Shown piece after piece: positions 49,358-59,313 of a stretch of 64,000 nucleotides of DNA (its first letter is position 1; every line of letters begins with the position of its first letter). Below the pieces are notes generated by a model. It made no database searches and had not been told where the DNA came from. It saw only the letters and a list, made by a program, of their open reading frames with translations. The stretch comes from Candidatus Latescibacterota bacterium (GTDB taxonomy: Bacteria > Latescibacterota > UBA2968 > UBA8231): positions 4,704,001 through 4,768,000 of the forward strand of contig OY730476.1 in assembly GCA_963422735.1 (NCBI GenBank), read 5' to 3'. A program made the position numbers and the translations under genes.

Positions 49358-51960
49358 CCTCTTCTTTCGGCTGGTCGGCCACCCAAACGCTCTTCCTCTT
49401 GCCCGGCATAGATCTCGATGAAGGCAATAGTATTGCTCACGTCTTGGTCGGTGAGGTTGGCGAAGTTGATGTCGTTGACCTGAAAGCCAACGTTGGATGT
49501 GACGCTGTATCCTAGGTACTGCACCCGATTGGTGTACTGCACGGTGAACACTTTGCCGATGAAGTCGTCGATATATTCGGGCGGCAGCGGGTCTGGAATC
49601 GCCTCGGCATTGCGAAAGATTATGGCTTCCACCCCGACCTCGACGCGGCTTCTCGTCAGCACCGGGAACACGGCGGACAGGGAAAAAATTTCGCTTAATT
49701 CGTTGATCTCAAGCTGGACAGTGCGCGGTTGGGTGCGCTTGCGCCACATGTTTTTCCAGCGCGGGATCAAGGTGATGTTGCGCCCGATGGGAAACGGATA
49801 ATCCGCCTTGTTGATCACGCCAAAGAATGCGCTGTCGCGGAGACGCTCGGCCGCTTCGTCGCGCTGCTTGAAGTGATCGAGGCGGAACTTGTTGGTAAAG
49901 CTCAGGTTGCCACGGGTGTACTTGTAGCCGACGAAGCTCTGATTGACGATGGTGTTTTCGGTGATTCGGGGATCGTCAAAAGGTTGCAAGCCGCCAATCG
50001 AGCCAGGGCGCTGCACCCATTGCAGTAGGTTGTCGGCAATATTGTCTTCGACGGACTTGAGCATGTGGACGACCTCAAACTTGCCCGTCCTGGAGATGTC
50101 GCGCACCGCGCTGAGCAGCGCGAACACGGCTGTTGACCGCTCTTGGCCGGCGATCAGCCACTCGCGATTGCGGCCTATGGTAATATTGATACCTGGATAA
50201 ATCTCGGCCCCTCCGTACACATTCCAGCCGCGATGGCCCTTGCGGTAGGGGTAGTCGGCTTCGTCGTCGTTTTCAAAGCGGTCCACCACGGTGTTGTGGT
50301 TCATATCGACGCCGAAGAGGAAATCGGGCGGGTCAATGTAGTGGCGCAGAAACGGCTCTTCGTAGTCCGGGGTGAGGTTGGAGTTTTCGTTGAAGTCCGA
50401 GAGCAGGTCGTTGTTTTCGTCGAGGCCGGGGAAGACGGCGTTGTCGCCGCCCCCACCGCCAAAGCGCGGCCAATCGACGAGCTGGTCTTGATCGTCGTTG
50501 TCGTCAATGTACTCGAACCAATTCTGCCGCTGGTTTTCGTAGTCCACGACATCGTTTTGGTCGGTGATGTACCCACGCGTGGTGTACCCGTAGTCCATGC
50601 TGAACGCTTCGCCGTAGCCAAAGTAGCGGCCCGTGCGGCGCGTGGCGTTGACGAACCAAGCATCGGCCGTGCGGTCGCTCTTTTTGAGGTTGCCCAGTTT
50701 CTGGATGTTGATGTTGGGATAGCGCTGAAACTGGGTGTTGCGCGCGAATTCGCCGCGCACCTCCATGCCCCACATATCCTCGATGACCAAGTCCACGCTG
50801 GCGATTTGGTTGGCCGAGGGCAGCCCGTAGTCAAAGCGGACGACGCGCTGGTTGGTGTTATCGCGCACATTGCCTTCGGAGCGGGTGACCAGCAAGAAGA
50901 TGGGCTGGCCGTTGATATTCGTCTGCAAGTTGGAGGTTATCTCCACTCGGTAGTCGTTGGAGAGCACCATGGCAAAGCTGACCTTTTGCACCACCAGCGG
51001 ATCGGGGACTCGGTAGCGGAGCAGGATCGGGGCCTCTTCAAGGGCTTCGAGAAAGCCCTCGCGCTGGCGACCACCCTCAATGGTGGGATTAACCGAGGTC
51101 TCTTGGCCATCGACGATCATCTGTGCCGAGAAGAACAGGGCACCAGAGCCATCGCCGGGCGAGTCGTCGGAGATGCGAACGGTTATTTCAGTGACATTGC
51201 CCGAATTTTGGCTGCTGGTCAGCAAGCCGGCGCGCGAGTTTTCCGAGAAATTGCTGCTCGCCGAGCCGAAGTTCGTATTGACATAGGTGACCCCTAAGCC
51301 CATGAAGTCGCCGATTTGGGCGGCACCGCGCAGGCCGACAAAGTTGGTGAAGTCCGTGTCTTGCACTCGGTTGGATCCCTGTACGGCTCGCACTGGCTCA
51401 TTGATGCGCGACAGCAGCACGGTGGTCTCGTACTTGTCGGACGCAAAGTCCCACTGGACGCCGTTGAAGCGCGAACGGCTGAAGGTCAGCGGGGTCAGGG
51501 TCGTGCGGATTTGGTCGCCGATGGTCAGAGCGGAGTAGTACTGGCCCTTGGAGTCCGCGGCTACGATTAGGTTTTGGAACCAACTGCTGAATTTCTGGTC
51601 TTTGAAGACCGCGCTGCCGAAGGCCAGCGGCTGCTGCTGACGCCACTCGTAGATGCGCCAGCCGCGGGTGATCCAGTTGCCGAAGATATCGTACTGGCCC
51701 GTGCCCTCCAGCGAAGTGCGGACGTAGCGCTGATACGGTTCCTTGGCGTAGTTGGTGTACTTGTAGCCTCCCCAGTGGTAGATGTAGTAGAGGTCTTGGG
51801 GCACGTACCACTTGCGCAGAGTCGGGATCAGCGGGTCGAAGCCCTCGATTCTAACCTGCGAAGTGGCACCGCGCTCGCGCCCTGGAGTTGCCGCTTCGAC
51901 GCTGGACGCCGCAACGGCCAGGACGAGCAAGGCAACCCCCCAGAACATAACTTTGTGCAT
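49345..51960 (-). CDS. Large uncharacterised exported / putative outer-membrane protein (locus B)
   Basis: Shares RKxYxPQ, FGNxIxRGW, IRTTLTPLTFS..FNG.QWDF, DDNDDQD, VFPGLDENND and PDYxEPFL with 19776-22412. Confidence 0.7.
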   Translation of the reverse strand: MHKVMFWGVALLVLAVAASSVEAATPGRERGATSQVRIEGFDPLIPTLRKWYVPQDLYYIYHWGGYKYTNYAKEPYQRYVRTSLEGTGQYDIFGNWITRGWRIYEWRQQQPLAFGSAVFKDQKFSSWFQNLIVAADSKGQYYSALTIGDQIRTTLTPLTFSRSRFNGVQWDFASDKYETTVLLSRINEPVRAVQGSNRVQDTDFTNFVGLRGAAQIGDFMGLGVTYVNTNFGSASSNFSENSRAGLLTSSQNSGNVTEITVRISDDSPGDGSGALFFSAQMIVDGQETSVNPTIEGGRQREGFLEALEEAPILLRYRVPDPLVVQKVSFAMVLSNDYRVEITSNLQTNINGQPIFLLVTRSEGNVRDNTNQRVVRFDYGLPSANQIASVDLVIEDMWGMEVRGEFARNTQFQRYPNINIQKLGNLKKSDRTADAWFVNATRRTGRYFGYGEAFSMDYGYTTRGYITDQNDVVDYENQRQNWFEYIDDNDDQDQLVDWPRFGGGGGDNAVFPGLDENNDLLSDFNENSNLTPDYEEPFLRHYIDPPDFLFGVDMNHNTVVDRFENDDEADYPYRKGHRGWNVYGGAEIYPGINITIGRNREWLIAGQERSTAVFALLSAVRDISRTGKFEVVHMLKSVEDNIADNLLQWVQRPGSIGGLQPFDDPRITENTIVNQSFVGYKYTRGNLSFTNKFRLDHFKQRDEAAERLRDSAFFGVINKADYPFPIGRNITLIPRWKNMWRKRTQPRTVQLEINELSEIFSLSAVFPVLTRSRVEVGVEAIIFRNAEAIPDPLPPEYIDDFIGKVFTVQYTNRVQYLGYSVTSNVGFQVNDINFANLTDQDVSNTIAFIEIYAGQEEERLGGRPAERRGWSF

Positions 51961-52024
51961 AACAACCCTCCCTTAAAGCGTTTTTAAGTAGTTAGCTGGC
52001 CACTAACCACTAACCACTGATACA

Positions 52025-53806
52025 TCAATATACTACGGCAATGCTCCGCATCTGCGTGGCGACGCCGGCGTCGGTAGCAGCCTCGAGGCGAAGCAAGTAC
52101 ATACCCGGCGGCACGGCACCAGCGTCGTCGCGACCATCCCAGCTAACTTGGTTGGGGCCGGAGCGATCGCGGGCTTTGTAGAGGTGATGCACCGGCCGAC
52201 CGCTCAAGTCGTACACGACGACCTCGACCTCGACCTCGTGAGTCGCCTTGAGCAGGATGTAGTCGAGGGTGATCTGGTCGTTGATGCCGTCGCCATTGGG
52301 CGTGATTACCGCGGACGAGAACACGACGCCGGTAAAAAGCTCGTCGTCGATGCGGGCGCTGACGACGAGCGTGTTGTCGGCGACTTCCTCGGCCGCATCG
52401 CCAAAAGCGATTCGCTGCGGAAACGCATCGGACTGGCTGTCGGCGATCTCGCCGCGAAATTCCGTGCCAGAGACGGTTACCAAGCTGGCGAAGCGCACTG
52501 CGACTTCTTGGCCGCTGCGGGTAATGCGTTCGTCGGGGAAGCTCACCTGTAAGCGGCCCAAATCGGACGCCGAGGTGAAGTTGTCAATCTCGACCCCATT
52601 GACGCGTACGCCCGTGGCGCGGGCTGCAAACGGAGTGTGGATGATCACGGTGTCGAAGCCGCGATTGCCGCTTGAGACGACCGAGCGCAGGTGATAGGTA
52701 AATTCGCTCTCCTGACCGAGGGTCGCCGTGGCTGGGCTGATTTCGGCAATGACCGAATCGGCGAGGGACGGCACCGTGTAGTTGAAGACCACCGAATCGA
52801 TGACGGCTTTGTCGAGCAAGCTGTTCGACAGGAGCTTGAATTGGAACTGGAGGTAGCGCCGGTTGTCCGGAGAATTGATCGAGGATTCGAGTAGTTCGGC
52901 GTAGGGCGGGGACCACGCACTCCAGTCGCGGTCGTTTTCGAGGATGACGCCTGCATACGAGGGGTCGAGTGTGCGGTCGAAATCCGCTAAGGCCACTTCC
53001 TCCAATTCCCCGGGAATGCCCGTCTGGCGGAAGTAGAGCGAGTCCGTGACGACGAAGCCGGTCTTGGTGCTGAATTGGGCTTGAGCGCTGCCGTCGATGC
53101 GGCTATATACATCGACCGGCCCGAAGTTAGCCGCTTCCCCCAGATCAATCACTTGCGATATGTACTGGGCAAAGGGCGTGACACCGACGCCAAAAACTTC
53201 GAGGTCGCCCATCTGGAAGCCGCGTTCGCCCGTGCTACGCAGCCTGAAAAAGCGCACCTGCGTCGGCGGGAAGCTTAGGTCCAGCTCGGGCAGGCCGTGC
53301 GAGCGATCTTGTGCTATGAGCGCGTACACGGGATTGCCGCCGACAAAGTTGAGCGAATCGCCGTCGTTGACATAGAACTCGTAGCCGCGCAGCGAGCGCT
53401 CGTCATCGTTGAGGACGCCGCGCCGAAAATAGAGGCGATGGAGGACAAAGATGGCGCCCATATCGACTTCGAGTTCGGCCCCGTTGGGGTTGGTGTACAC
53501 GCGCCAGCCCGTGGTGTGGGAGTCGTCAATGAGTTCGTTGATTATCTGATTGGAACGCGCCGCGGCCGTGCGCACCGAGGTGGTCGCGCTGCCGCCGAGC
53601 TCCTTGATGCGCGGCAGGATGTTTTCCTCGGGATCGGCCTCTAGGGGCGACAGACCCCCTTCGTCGGTGACTTCGAGTGCGTTGAAGACGAGCGAGTTGC
53701 GCTCCCACTCCAGCCCATCGCCGCCTATTTTGAGCCGTTCCGCGGCTGTGGCCGGAGTGCTGCATCCCATCGCTAGGCAGGCTAATGCGAGTGCGGCACG
53801 GGTCAT
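52025..53806 (-). CDS. Secreted discoidin-like protein with FlgD-Ig-like CTD (short type)
   Basis: VDMGAIF, YISQVIDLG, DWSAWSPPY, SPDNRRYLQF, ITPNGDGIND...WDG...PPGMY...AVVY*. Confidence 0.75.
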   Translation of the reverse strand: MTRAALALACLAMGCSTPATAAERLKIGGDGLEWERNSLVFNALEVTDEGGLSPLEADPEENILPRIKELGGSATTSVRTAAARSNQIINELIDDSHTTGWRVYTNPNGAELEVDMGAIFVLHRLYFRRGVLNDDERSLRGYEFYVNDGDSLNFVGGNPVYALIAQDRSHGLPELDLSFPPTQVRFFRLRSTGERGFQMGDLEVFGVGVTPFAQYISQVIDLGEAANFGPVDVYSRIDGSAQAQFSTKTGFVVTDSLYFRQTGIPGELEEVALADFDRTLDPSYAGVILENDRDWSAWSPPYAELLESSINSPDNRRYLQFQFKLLSNSLLDKAVIDSVVFNYTVPSLADSVIAEISPATATLGQESEFTYHLRSVVSSGNRGFDTVIIHTPFAARATGVRVNGVEIDNFTSASDLGRLQVSFPDERITRSGQEVAVRFASLVTVSGTEFRGEIADSQSDAFPQRIAFGDAAEEVADNTLVVSARIDDELFTGVVFSSAVITPNGDGINDQITLDYILLKATHEVEVEVVVYDLSGRPVHHLYKARDRSGPNQVSWDGRDDAGAVPPGMYLLRLEAATDAGVATQMRSIAVVY

Positions 53807-53848
53807 CGCTGTTCCTTTTTGCTGTAATAGTGGCAAAAGCAGGCTCCC

Positions 53849-56224
53849 TCAGTAGGCCACCGGCACGATCCGCTGCACCGTCTCGGTATAGGAGTCGCCG
53901 GCAATTTCGATCTGCGCTAGATAGGTCCCTGGTCGCACGAGATCACCGGTGTGGTCGCGGCCATTCCAAGTAAAGCGATAGCGCCGAGCGAGCCCATCGC
54001 CGCTGTCGAGAACGCGCACTTTGTGGCCGGCCAAGTCGTAAATGTGGACCCGGATTGGCCGCGGCGTCACTAGCTTGAGCGCGTCGAATTCAATGACCAG
54101 CTCATCGCCGGCCCCATCGCCATTAGGCGTCAGTACGCGCGGCGCAAGGGCGACGTTAGTCAGTAGGCGGTCGTTGACCGGTAGTTGCACTGAGATGGAT
54201 TCGCTCGGCACATCGGTTTTGGCGTCGCCTTGGTCGACGAGTTGGCGCACGTTGGTGCCGAGGTTGCTGTTGCCGAGGAAAAGATCGAAGCGCGTTTGGT
54301 TCTGGTAAATGGTACTGCTAAACGAAAGCTCGATTAGCGCCGAGCGGCGGACTGTGGTCGGTAGATCGACGACAAACCCCTCGGCGACCGGGGTGATTGT
54401 GCCCTCCACTGGCTCGTCGCCCAACTTCAGACTGGTGAAATCAACGGGCACGGACGCGGTCATAGTCAGGCGGTCAAAGCCCTGCGAGCGCCCGCCAAAG
54501 ATCGGCAGGACAAAATACGTAAAGTCCTTTTTGACGCCCGGTTCGACTTGACTGGGAAAGACCTCGGCACGGGTTTCGAGGGCAATGGGATTTTCCACGT
54601 TCAAGTGTAGGGCGTCAATCGACGGTGCCGCGTTGGGGTCGTCTGAGATCAGGCGCAGATCGAGCTGGGCATAGCGACGCGGCGAGGGCGAGCTAAAGAG
54701 CGCGCCGGAAGTCACGTAAGGGTCGCTCCAGACGCTCCAGTCCGAGCCGACGGAAATTGTGGTTTCGGTTGGCCCGCGCAGGCTCTTGGGCGTCTTGTTC
54801 CACTTCCGCTCGGTGATCTCTTTGCCCTTCTTGTCGAAGTAGTGAATACGCTCGACGACTTCCCCGCCAGTGCGGCTGCGCAGCTCGATGCGCGTGCCGG
54901 GCGGAACATCGGCGTCCCACTCGACCGAGGTCAGGGCCTTGGCTTGGCCGAGGTCGAGGATCGGCGAGGTGAACTGCAACTCGGCCGGAAAGCCCTCGCC
55001 GTAGATCTGGAACTCGCTAATCAGGGCGAAAAGGCGGTAGGTGCCGTGGGTGCCGGTGCGATCGCCGCCGTGGCGGGAGGATGGGAAAAACTGCTTGATG
55101 TAGCGAATTTTCTGCAAGTCGAATTGGTGGTCGAAGTTGCGAATAGTCGTCTCGTTCAGCGGGCTGTCGTCAACAAAGGCGATCTCGTGGAAATTTAAGG
55201 TGCCGTCCGGGGCGATCGATCCGTCGGAAGCGAGGAGCTGGTACCAGAAGAAATTGGCGTAACGACTGCGAATCCGCGACGGGGCACCGGCCGGCTCGCC
55301 GATGATGCGGATCTGGTCGATCCAGTAATGGGCCCCTAGATCGAAGATGATGCGATTGAAGATGTCGAAGCCGGTCTGGGTCTGGTGATAAGTCTGCATG
55401 CCCCAGTTGGTTACAATATCGCCGTCAACCATGTTCTCGCCGCCGGAGAGCACGGCCTGCAAGTCGGTGACGAGTTCGATGTTGCCACCGCGCTCAATGA
55501 TCCCGAGGGAGATGTTGTCGCCGATAGTGGAAGCCGAAATCTCGGCTAGGCCAGCTTTCTCGACGAACTTGGACAGTTCAATGCGAATGATGCGGACTAG
55601 GCCCGAGGATTCTTTGAACTCGCGGACGGTGCCCTCGACAAAGCCGCCGCTAATGTCGTCCGAACCGGACGCGCTCAAGCCGAGGGTGCGCTGGCGGGGG
55701 TCGAGGACGAGCGTGTGGCTTTTATTGAAGCCAATTGCCTTGGAGAGACCGTAGCCCAAGGTGCCTTCTACGGGTACTAGTGCGTTGGTAAAGAACTTCT
55801 CGCCGCTCGACAGTAGGATGTTGAAAAACTCAAAGGGCGGCGCGGAATTGTCGAAAGTGATGACGATCTCGGAGGCGGTCACCAGGCGGCCCAAGTCGAG
55901 TTCGATATAGGCGTTTTCAAGGCCATCGGCCGGGTCGGGCGACCAGCTAGTCGTCGGATTGCCATCTATGATGAGGCCGGCGTCGCGGGCGTTGCTGCCG
56001 ACGCGGCGGATGCCGCCGCCAAAGCCCTCGGCATTGCGCACGGCGTCGATGTTTTTGCGCACGGGCACGGGCTGGATGCGGCCGGTCGCTTGTAGCTCCA
56101 CGGCGCGGACCGGGTACTCCCACTCTTGCCAAGCGGATCGGGTGTCAAACGAGACGCGCTCGCCAAAGGCGAAACTAGCTAACGCTATAACGAGGCCTAG
56201 TGCGCGAGTGATTGTCATAGCCAT
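53849..56224 (-). CDS. Secreted discoidin-like protein with FlgD-Ig-like CTD (long type)
   Basis: IELDLGR, FDLGAHYWI, DWSVWSDPY, SPSPRRYAQ, LTPNGDGAGD...WNG...RPGTY...PVAY*. Confidence 0.75.
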   Translation of the reverse strand: MAMTITRALGLVIALASFAFGERVSFDTRSAWQEWEYPVRAVELQATGRIQPVPVRKNIDAVRNAEGFGGGIRRVGSNARDAGLIIDGNPTTSWSPDPADGLENAYIELDLGRLVTASEIVITFDNSAPPFEFFNILLSSGEKFFTNALVPVEGTLGYGLSKAIGFNKSHTLVLDPRQRTLGLSASGSDDISGGFVEGTVREFKESSGLVRIIRIELSKFVEKAGLAEISASTIGDNISLGIIERGGNIELVTDLQAVLSGGENMVDGDIVTNWGMQTYHQTQTGFDIFNRIIFDLGAHYWIDQIRIIGEPAGAPSRIRSRYANFFWYQLLASDGSIAPDGTLNFHEIAFVDDSPLNETTIRNFDHQFDLQKIRYIKQFFPSSRHGGDRTGTHGTYRLFALISEFQIYGEGFPAELQFTSPILDLGQAKALTSVEWDADVPPGTRIELRSRTGGEVVERIHYFDKKGKEITERKWNKTPKSLRGPTETTISVGSDWSVWSDPYVTSGALFSSPSPRRYAQLDLRLISDDPNAAPSIDALHLNVENPIALETRAEVFPSQVEPGVKKDFTYFVLPIFGGRSQGFDRLTMTASVPVDFTSLKLGDEPVEGTITPVAEGFVVDLPTTVRRSALIELSFSSTIYQNQTRFDLFLGNSNLGTNVRQLVDQGDAKTDVPSESISVQLPVNDRLLTNVALAPRVLTPNGDGAGDELVIEFDALKLVTPRPIRVHIYDLAGHKVRVLDSGDGLARRYRFTWNGRDHTGDLVRPGTYLAQIEIAGDSYTETVQRIVPVAY

Positions 56225-56281
56225 GTTCCCTTAGTCCGTCTTAAACATTGATCTGCCATAGTAGGCTGGCTGCGTGCGCTC

Positions 56282-58081
56282 TCAGTACGCCAGCCCTACC
56301 AGCAGCGACCGGTCCTCAGAGCCGGTATCCGTATCAATGGAAAGCCGCAGGATGTAGAGCCCAGGCGGCGGGGTGGCTCCGTTCTCGTCCAAGCCGTCCC
56401 AAGTCACTTGCTGCGGCCCGTTGAGCGTACCGCTTTTTTGCAAGTGCCGCACTGGGCGGCCGGCGAGGTCGTACACGATTAGGTCGGCGGGCACCTGCGA
56501 GAGGGCGCGCAGCAAGATATAGGACACCCGTAGATGGTCGTTGACTCCGTCGCCGTTGGGGCTGAATATCGGTGGGTCGGCCCCCAATTCGAGGATGAGC
56601 TCTTGGCGCAACGCGCCCTGGATGGATAGGCGGTCGGCTTGGACTTCGGGGGAGGCGTCTCCGGCCACCACGTCTTGGCCGAGTTCGCCCGTTTGGCTGT
56701 CGAAAACCTTGGCAAAAAAGGTGGTGCCATAGACGGTCACCATGGCCTCGAAGCGGATGCGCAAACGCTGGCCCGACTCGGTCACTCGGTCATCGGTCAG
56801 TTGGATGGCCAGCTTGCTCTCGTCCTGTGCATCCTCCTCTGTAAAGGATACGGATATCCCGTCTAGCTCGACGCTGTTTACCTCGGCCTTAAAGGGCGTT
56901 TTGATCTCCACGCGGTCGAACCCGTCGTTGGCCGGGCCGAAAGTCGAGCGAATGTAGTAGTCAAAGGTGTTGCTCTCGCCGAGGGTGACCGTCGCTGGAA
57001 AGACTTCGGCCGTCAGCTCTTCGGCCAGCGTCGGGACCGAATAGTCAAAGGCGAACGAATCGACAAAGGCCGACTGGCGGGCATCCTCGGACGAAAACAA
57101 CAGGCGGAACTGGACGTAGCGGCGGTTGCCCGGGGATAGTAGCGCGCCAAAGAAGTCCTCGTATGGTGCCGACCAAGGGCTCCACTCTTCGATGTTGTCG
57201 ATAATCGCACCCTTGTTGGACGAGGTCAGATCGTCGTACTCGGCGGCCGCTTCGGGCGAGCCTATCGGCAAGATAGGCTCTTCCTGCCGATCCTCGCCCT
57301 CGAAGACCTCGGTTTTGCGATAGTAAATTTTGGGGTCGGGCACCGTGCCGGTGCGCGTCTGCAATACCACATTAGTCAAGGGGTCGAAGCGGGTCTGCAA
57401 GCGAATTTGGCCAAAGTTAGCCGCCTCGCCGAGGTCGATGACTTCGGAGAGATAGCTGCCGGTGGGCGCGAAGCCATCGCCAAAGACCTCGACTTCCTCG
57501 ACGATGAACTCTTGGCCCGAGCGGCTAATTAGGCGGATGAAGCGCACGAACTGGAGGGGGATGTGGGCGTCGATATCCGATTCGCTCTGTTCGAGATTTG
57601 CGCTGACTTGGTTGATGAAGGCAATCGGACGGTCCTCGCGCAGTTGCTCGGGATTGCCGTCGTGAACAAAAAGCTCATAGGCGCGGAGAAAGATGTCGGG
57701 GTTGCCCTGAAAGCGAATGCGGTTGATCGGCAGAATCGCGCCTAAGTCGATCAGCATGGAGGTGCCGTCGGGGCGGCGCTCGCGGGTGACGCGCCAGAAG
57801 GTCTCAGCATTGCCGTCGGTGAGCAGGCCGGTCAGCTCCTCGCGCGACTGCGGCGAGGAGATGGTGCCACCTCGCCGCTTTAGAGTGAGGATTTCGACGG
57901 CATTGGTGGTCGAGTCCACCACGGCCGGCAGCAGGACGGATTGGTCGGTGGTGAGTCCGGTCAGCTCGCCGACATCGTCCCATGCAAAGCCAGAGCCTCC
58001 TGCGGTCCACACTTCTACAGCATCGGCCGCCCTAGCGCCCAACAGAATGCAGATCAACAGCCTAAATCGCCATTTGAACAT
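56282..58081 (-). CDS. Secreted discoidin-like protein with FlgD-Ig-like CTD (short type)
   Basis: IDLGAILP, YLSEVIDLG, WSPWSAPY, SPGNRRYVQF, FSPNGDGVND...WDG...PPGLY...GLAY*. Confidence 0.75.
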   Translation of the reverse strand: MFKWRFRLLICILLGARAADAVEVWTAGGSGFAWDDVGELTGLTTDQSVLLPAVVDSTTNAVEILTLKRRGGTISSPQSREELTGLLTDGNAETFWRVTRERRPDGTSMLIDLGAILPINRIRFQGNPDIFLRAYELFVHDGNPEQLREDRPIAFINQVSANLEQSESDIDAHIPLQFVRFIRLISRSGQEFIVEEVEVFGDGFAPTGSYLSEVIDLGEAANFGQIRLQTRFDPLTNVVLQTRTGTVPDPKIYYRKTEVFEGEDRQEEPILPIGSPEAAAEYDDLTSSNKGAIIDNIEEWSPWSAPYEDFFGALLSPGNRRYVQFRLLFSSEDARQSAFVDSFAFDYSVPTLAEELTAEVFPATVTLGESNTFDYYIRSTFGPANDGFDRVEIKTPFKAEVNSVELDGISVSFTEEDAQDESKLAIQLTDDRVTESGQRLRIRFEAMVTVYGTTFFAKVFDSQTGELGQDVVAGDASPEVQADRLSIQGALRQELILELGADPPIFSPNGDGVNDHLRVSYILLRALSQVPADLIVYDLAGRPVRHLQKSGTLNGPQQVTWDGLDENGATPPPGLYILRLSIDTDTGSEDRSLLVGLAY

Positions 58082-58115
58082 AGCGCGTGTCGCCTCTTGC
58101 CCCATAGACAAAATA

Positions 58116-58143
58116 AGGGGAGGGGAACGCGTTCCCCTCCCCT
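58116..58143 (-). terminator. Intergenic hairpin after the CBM9-like gene
   Basis: AGGGGAGGGGAAC-GC-GTTCCCCTCCCCT, followed by TATTTT on the minus strand. Confidence 0.7.
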
Positions 58144-58188
58144 ATGTGCAATAAACGTAACGTAAGACGAAAACTGCCTAAAGCCGAT

Positions 58189-59100
58189 TTAGAGTTCTTC
58201 GCCTACCAGCGACTTGATTTGGCCCCAAGAGCTTTCCTCGACCGAGGTGTCCACTTCTTCGATCCCCGTCAGGAAGATGTCGGGCATGCCGCCGCTGTTC
58301 ATAAACTGTTCGGCCATGCTGTACTGGGCCTGCCAGAAGAAACCGTTCTCGCAGCAGTCCTCAGAGAGCGGATCGTTGCCATTGGCGTTGAGACCTTCGT
58401 CGGCATCGTCAACCGAGATCGACATGCCGATGGTCTGCTCGGCCGCGAGCGTCCACACCGTGCTGGCGTCCGGGCCGCCGCTGATCGAGATCGGGTCCAT
58501 CAGTTCGGCGCTGAACTCGTAGTAATACTCTTGACCTTGATTGACCTGACCGGCATCGACGAAGTCGGTGTGGGTCCACCAGAAGTTCAGGGCGTCTTGC
58601 TCAAAATTGCCCAGCGCACCGTTGTACATCTGGACGCGCGAGAACTGCTCGGAGAAGCTCAGGCACATCTGGTAGGCCGGCTGCAAGTCTTGGTCGTTGG
58701 GCGCCGAGTACGGGCCGCCGCCTTGGTTGTCGGGATCAAAATGCACTTCGCAGTTGTCGTCGCGGAAGGTGCAGGCGGGGTTCTTATCGACGATCAGGAA
58801 ATCGTCGTGAACGTGAATCATGGCGTGAATGCGATTGTTGGCATCGCTCCAGCCGATGATCAGGTCGATAAACAGGTCATCGGCGTCGTCGGCACCGCCG
58901 GTCAGCGGATTCATGTCTTCAATGGTGACCTCAAAACTGCGATCAACCCAAGCCCAGTCGGAATTGTCTCCATCGATGGTGGGCAGGGCGTTGCCGGGGA
59001 TACCCACGGCAAAAAAGAGCGGTACTTCAGCCGGCTCCTGCGCAAAGGCAGTACCAGCGACGAGTAACGCGCCTAGAGTCAAAGCTAGGACTTTGCGCAT
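58189..59100 (-). CDS. Secreted CBM9/DOMON-like putative sugar-binding protein with C-terminal SWGxIK tail (locus B)
   Basis: GAGGAGG RBS and signal peptide; TIDGDNSDW, GWS..NNRIH..IHVHDD, DDNCEVHFDPD; ends SVEESSWGQIKSLVGEEL. Confidence 0.7.
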   Translation of the reverse strand: MRKVLALTLGALLVAGTAFAQEPAEVPLFFAVGIPGNALPTIDGDNSDWAWVDRSFEVTIEDMNPLTGGADDADDLFIDLIIGWSDANNRIHAMIHVHDDFLIVDKNPACTFRDDNCEVHFDPDNQGGGPYSAPNDQDLQPAYQMCLSFSEQFSRVQMYNGALGNFEQDALNFWWTHTDFVDAGQVNQGQEYYYEFSAELMDPISISGGPDASTVWTLAAEQTIGMSISVDDADEGLNANGNDPLSEDCCENGFFWQAQYSMAEQFMNSGGMPDIFLTGIEEVDTSVEESSWGQIKSLVGEEL

Positions 59101-59313
59101 TGTTAAATCCTCCTCAATAGTGATCGTGAAAAGATAAAAGAAAAGGCCCGCCATAGGGCTTCAACGGGCGGAATTACGAGGTTTCTCAAAAGAGTAGCGG
59201 TTGGTACTTCGCACCTCCTTTCGTCGGCGATTTTTGGGTCATTCTTTGTATAATAGTCGGGTAAACAAATAAATATGTGCTTGCCTGTCAAGATTTTTCT
59301 GCTCGCGAACCTC

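Noticed and set aside
50143-51297. 384-aa plus-strand ORF and the many similar antisense or alternative-frame ORFs
   Set aside because: Expected shadows of high-GC coding sequence, with no motifs and lying opposite well-supported genes
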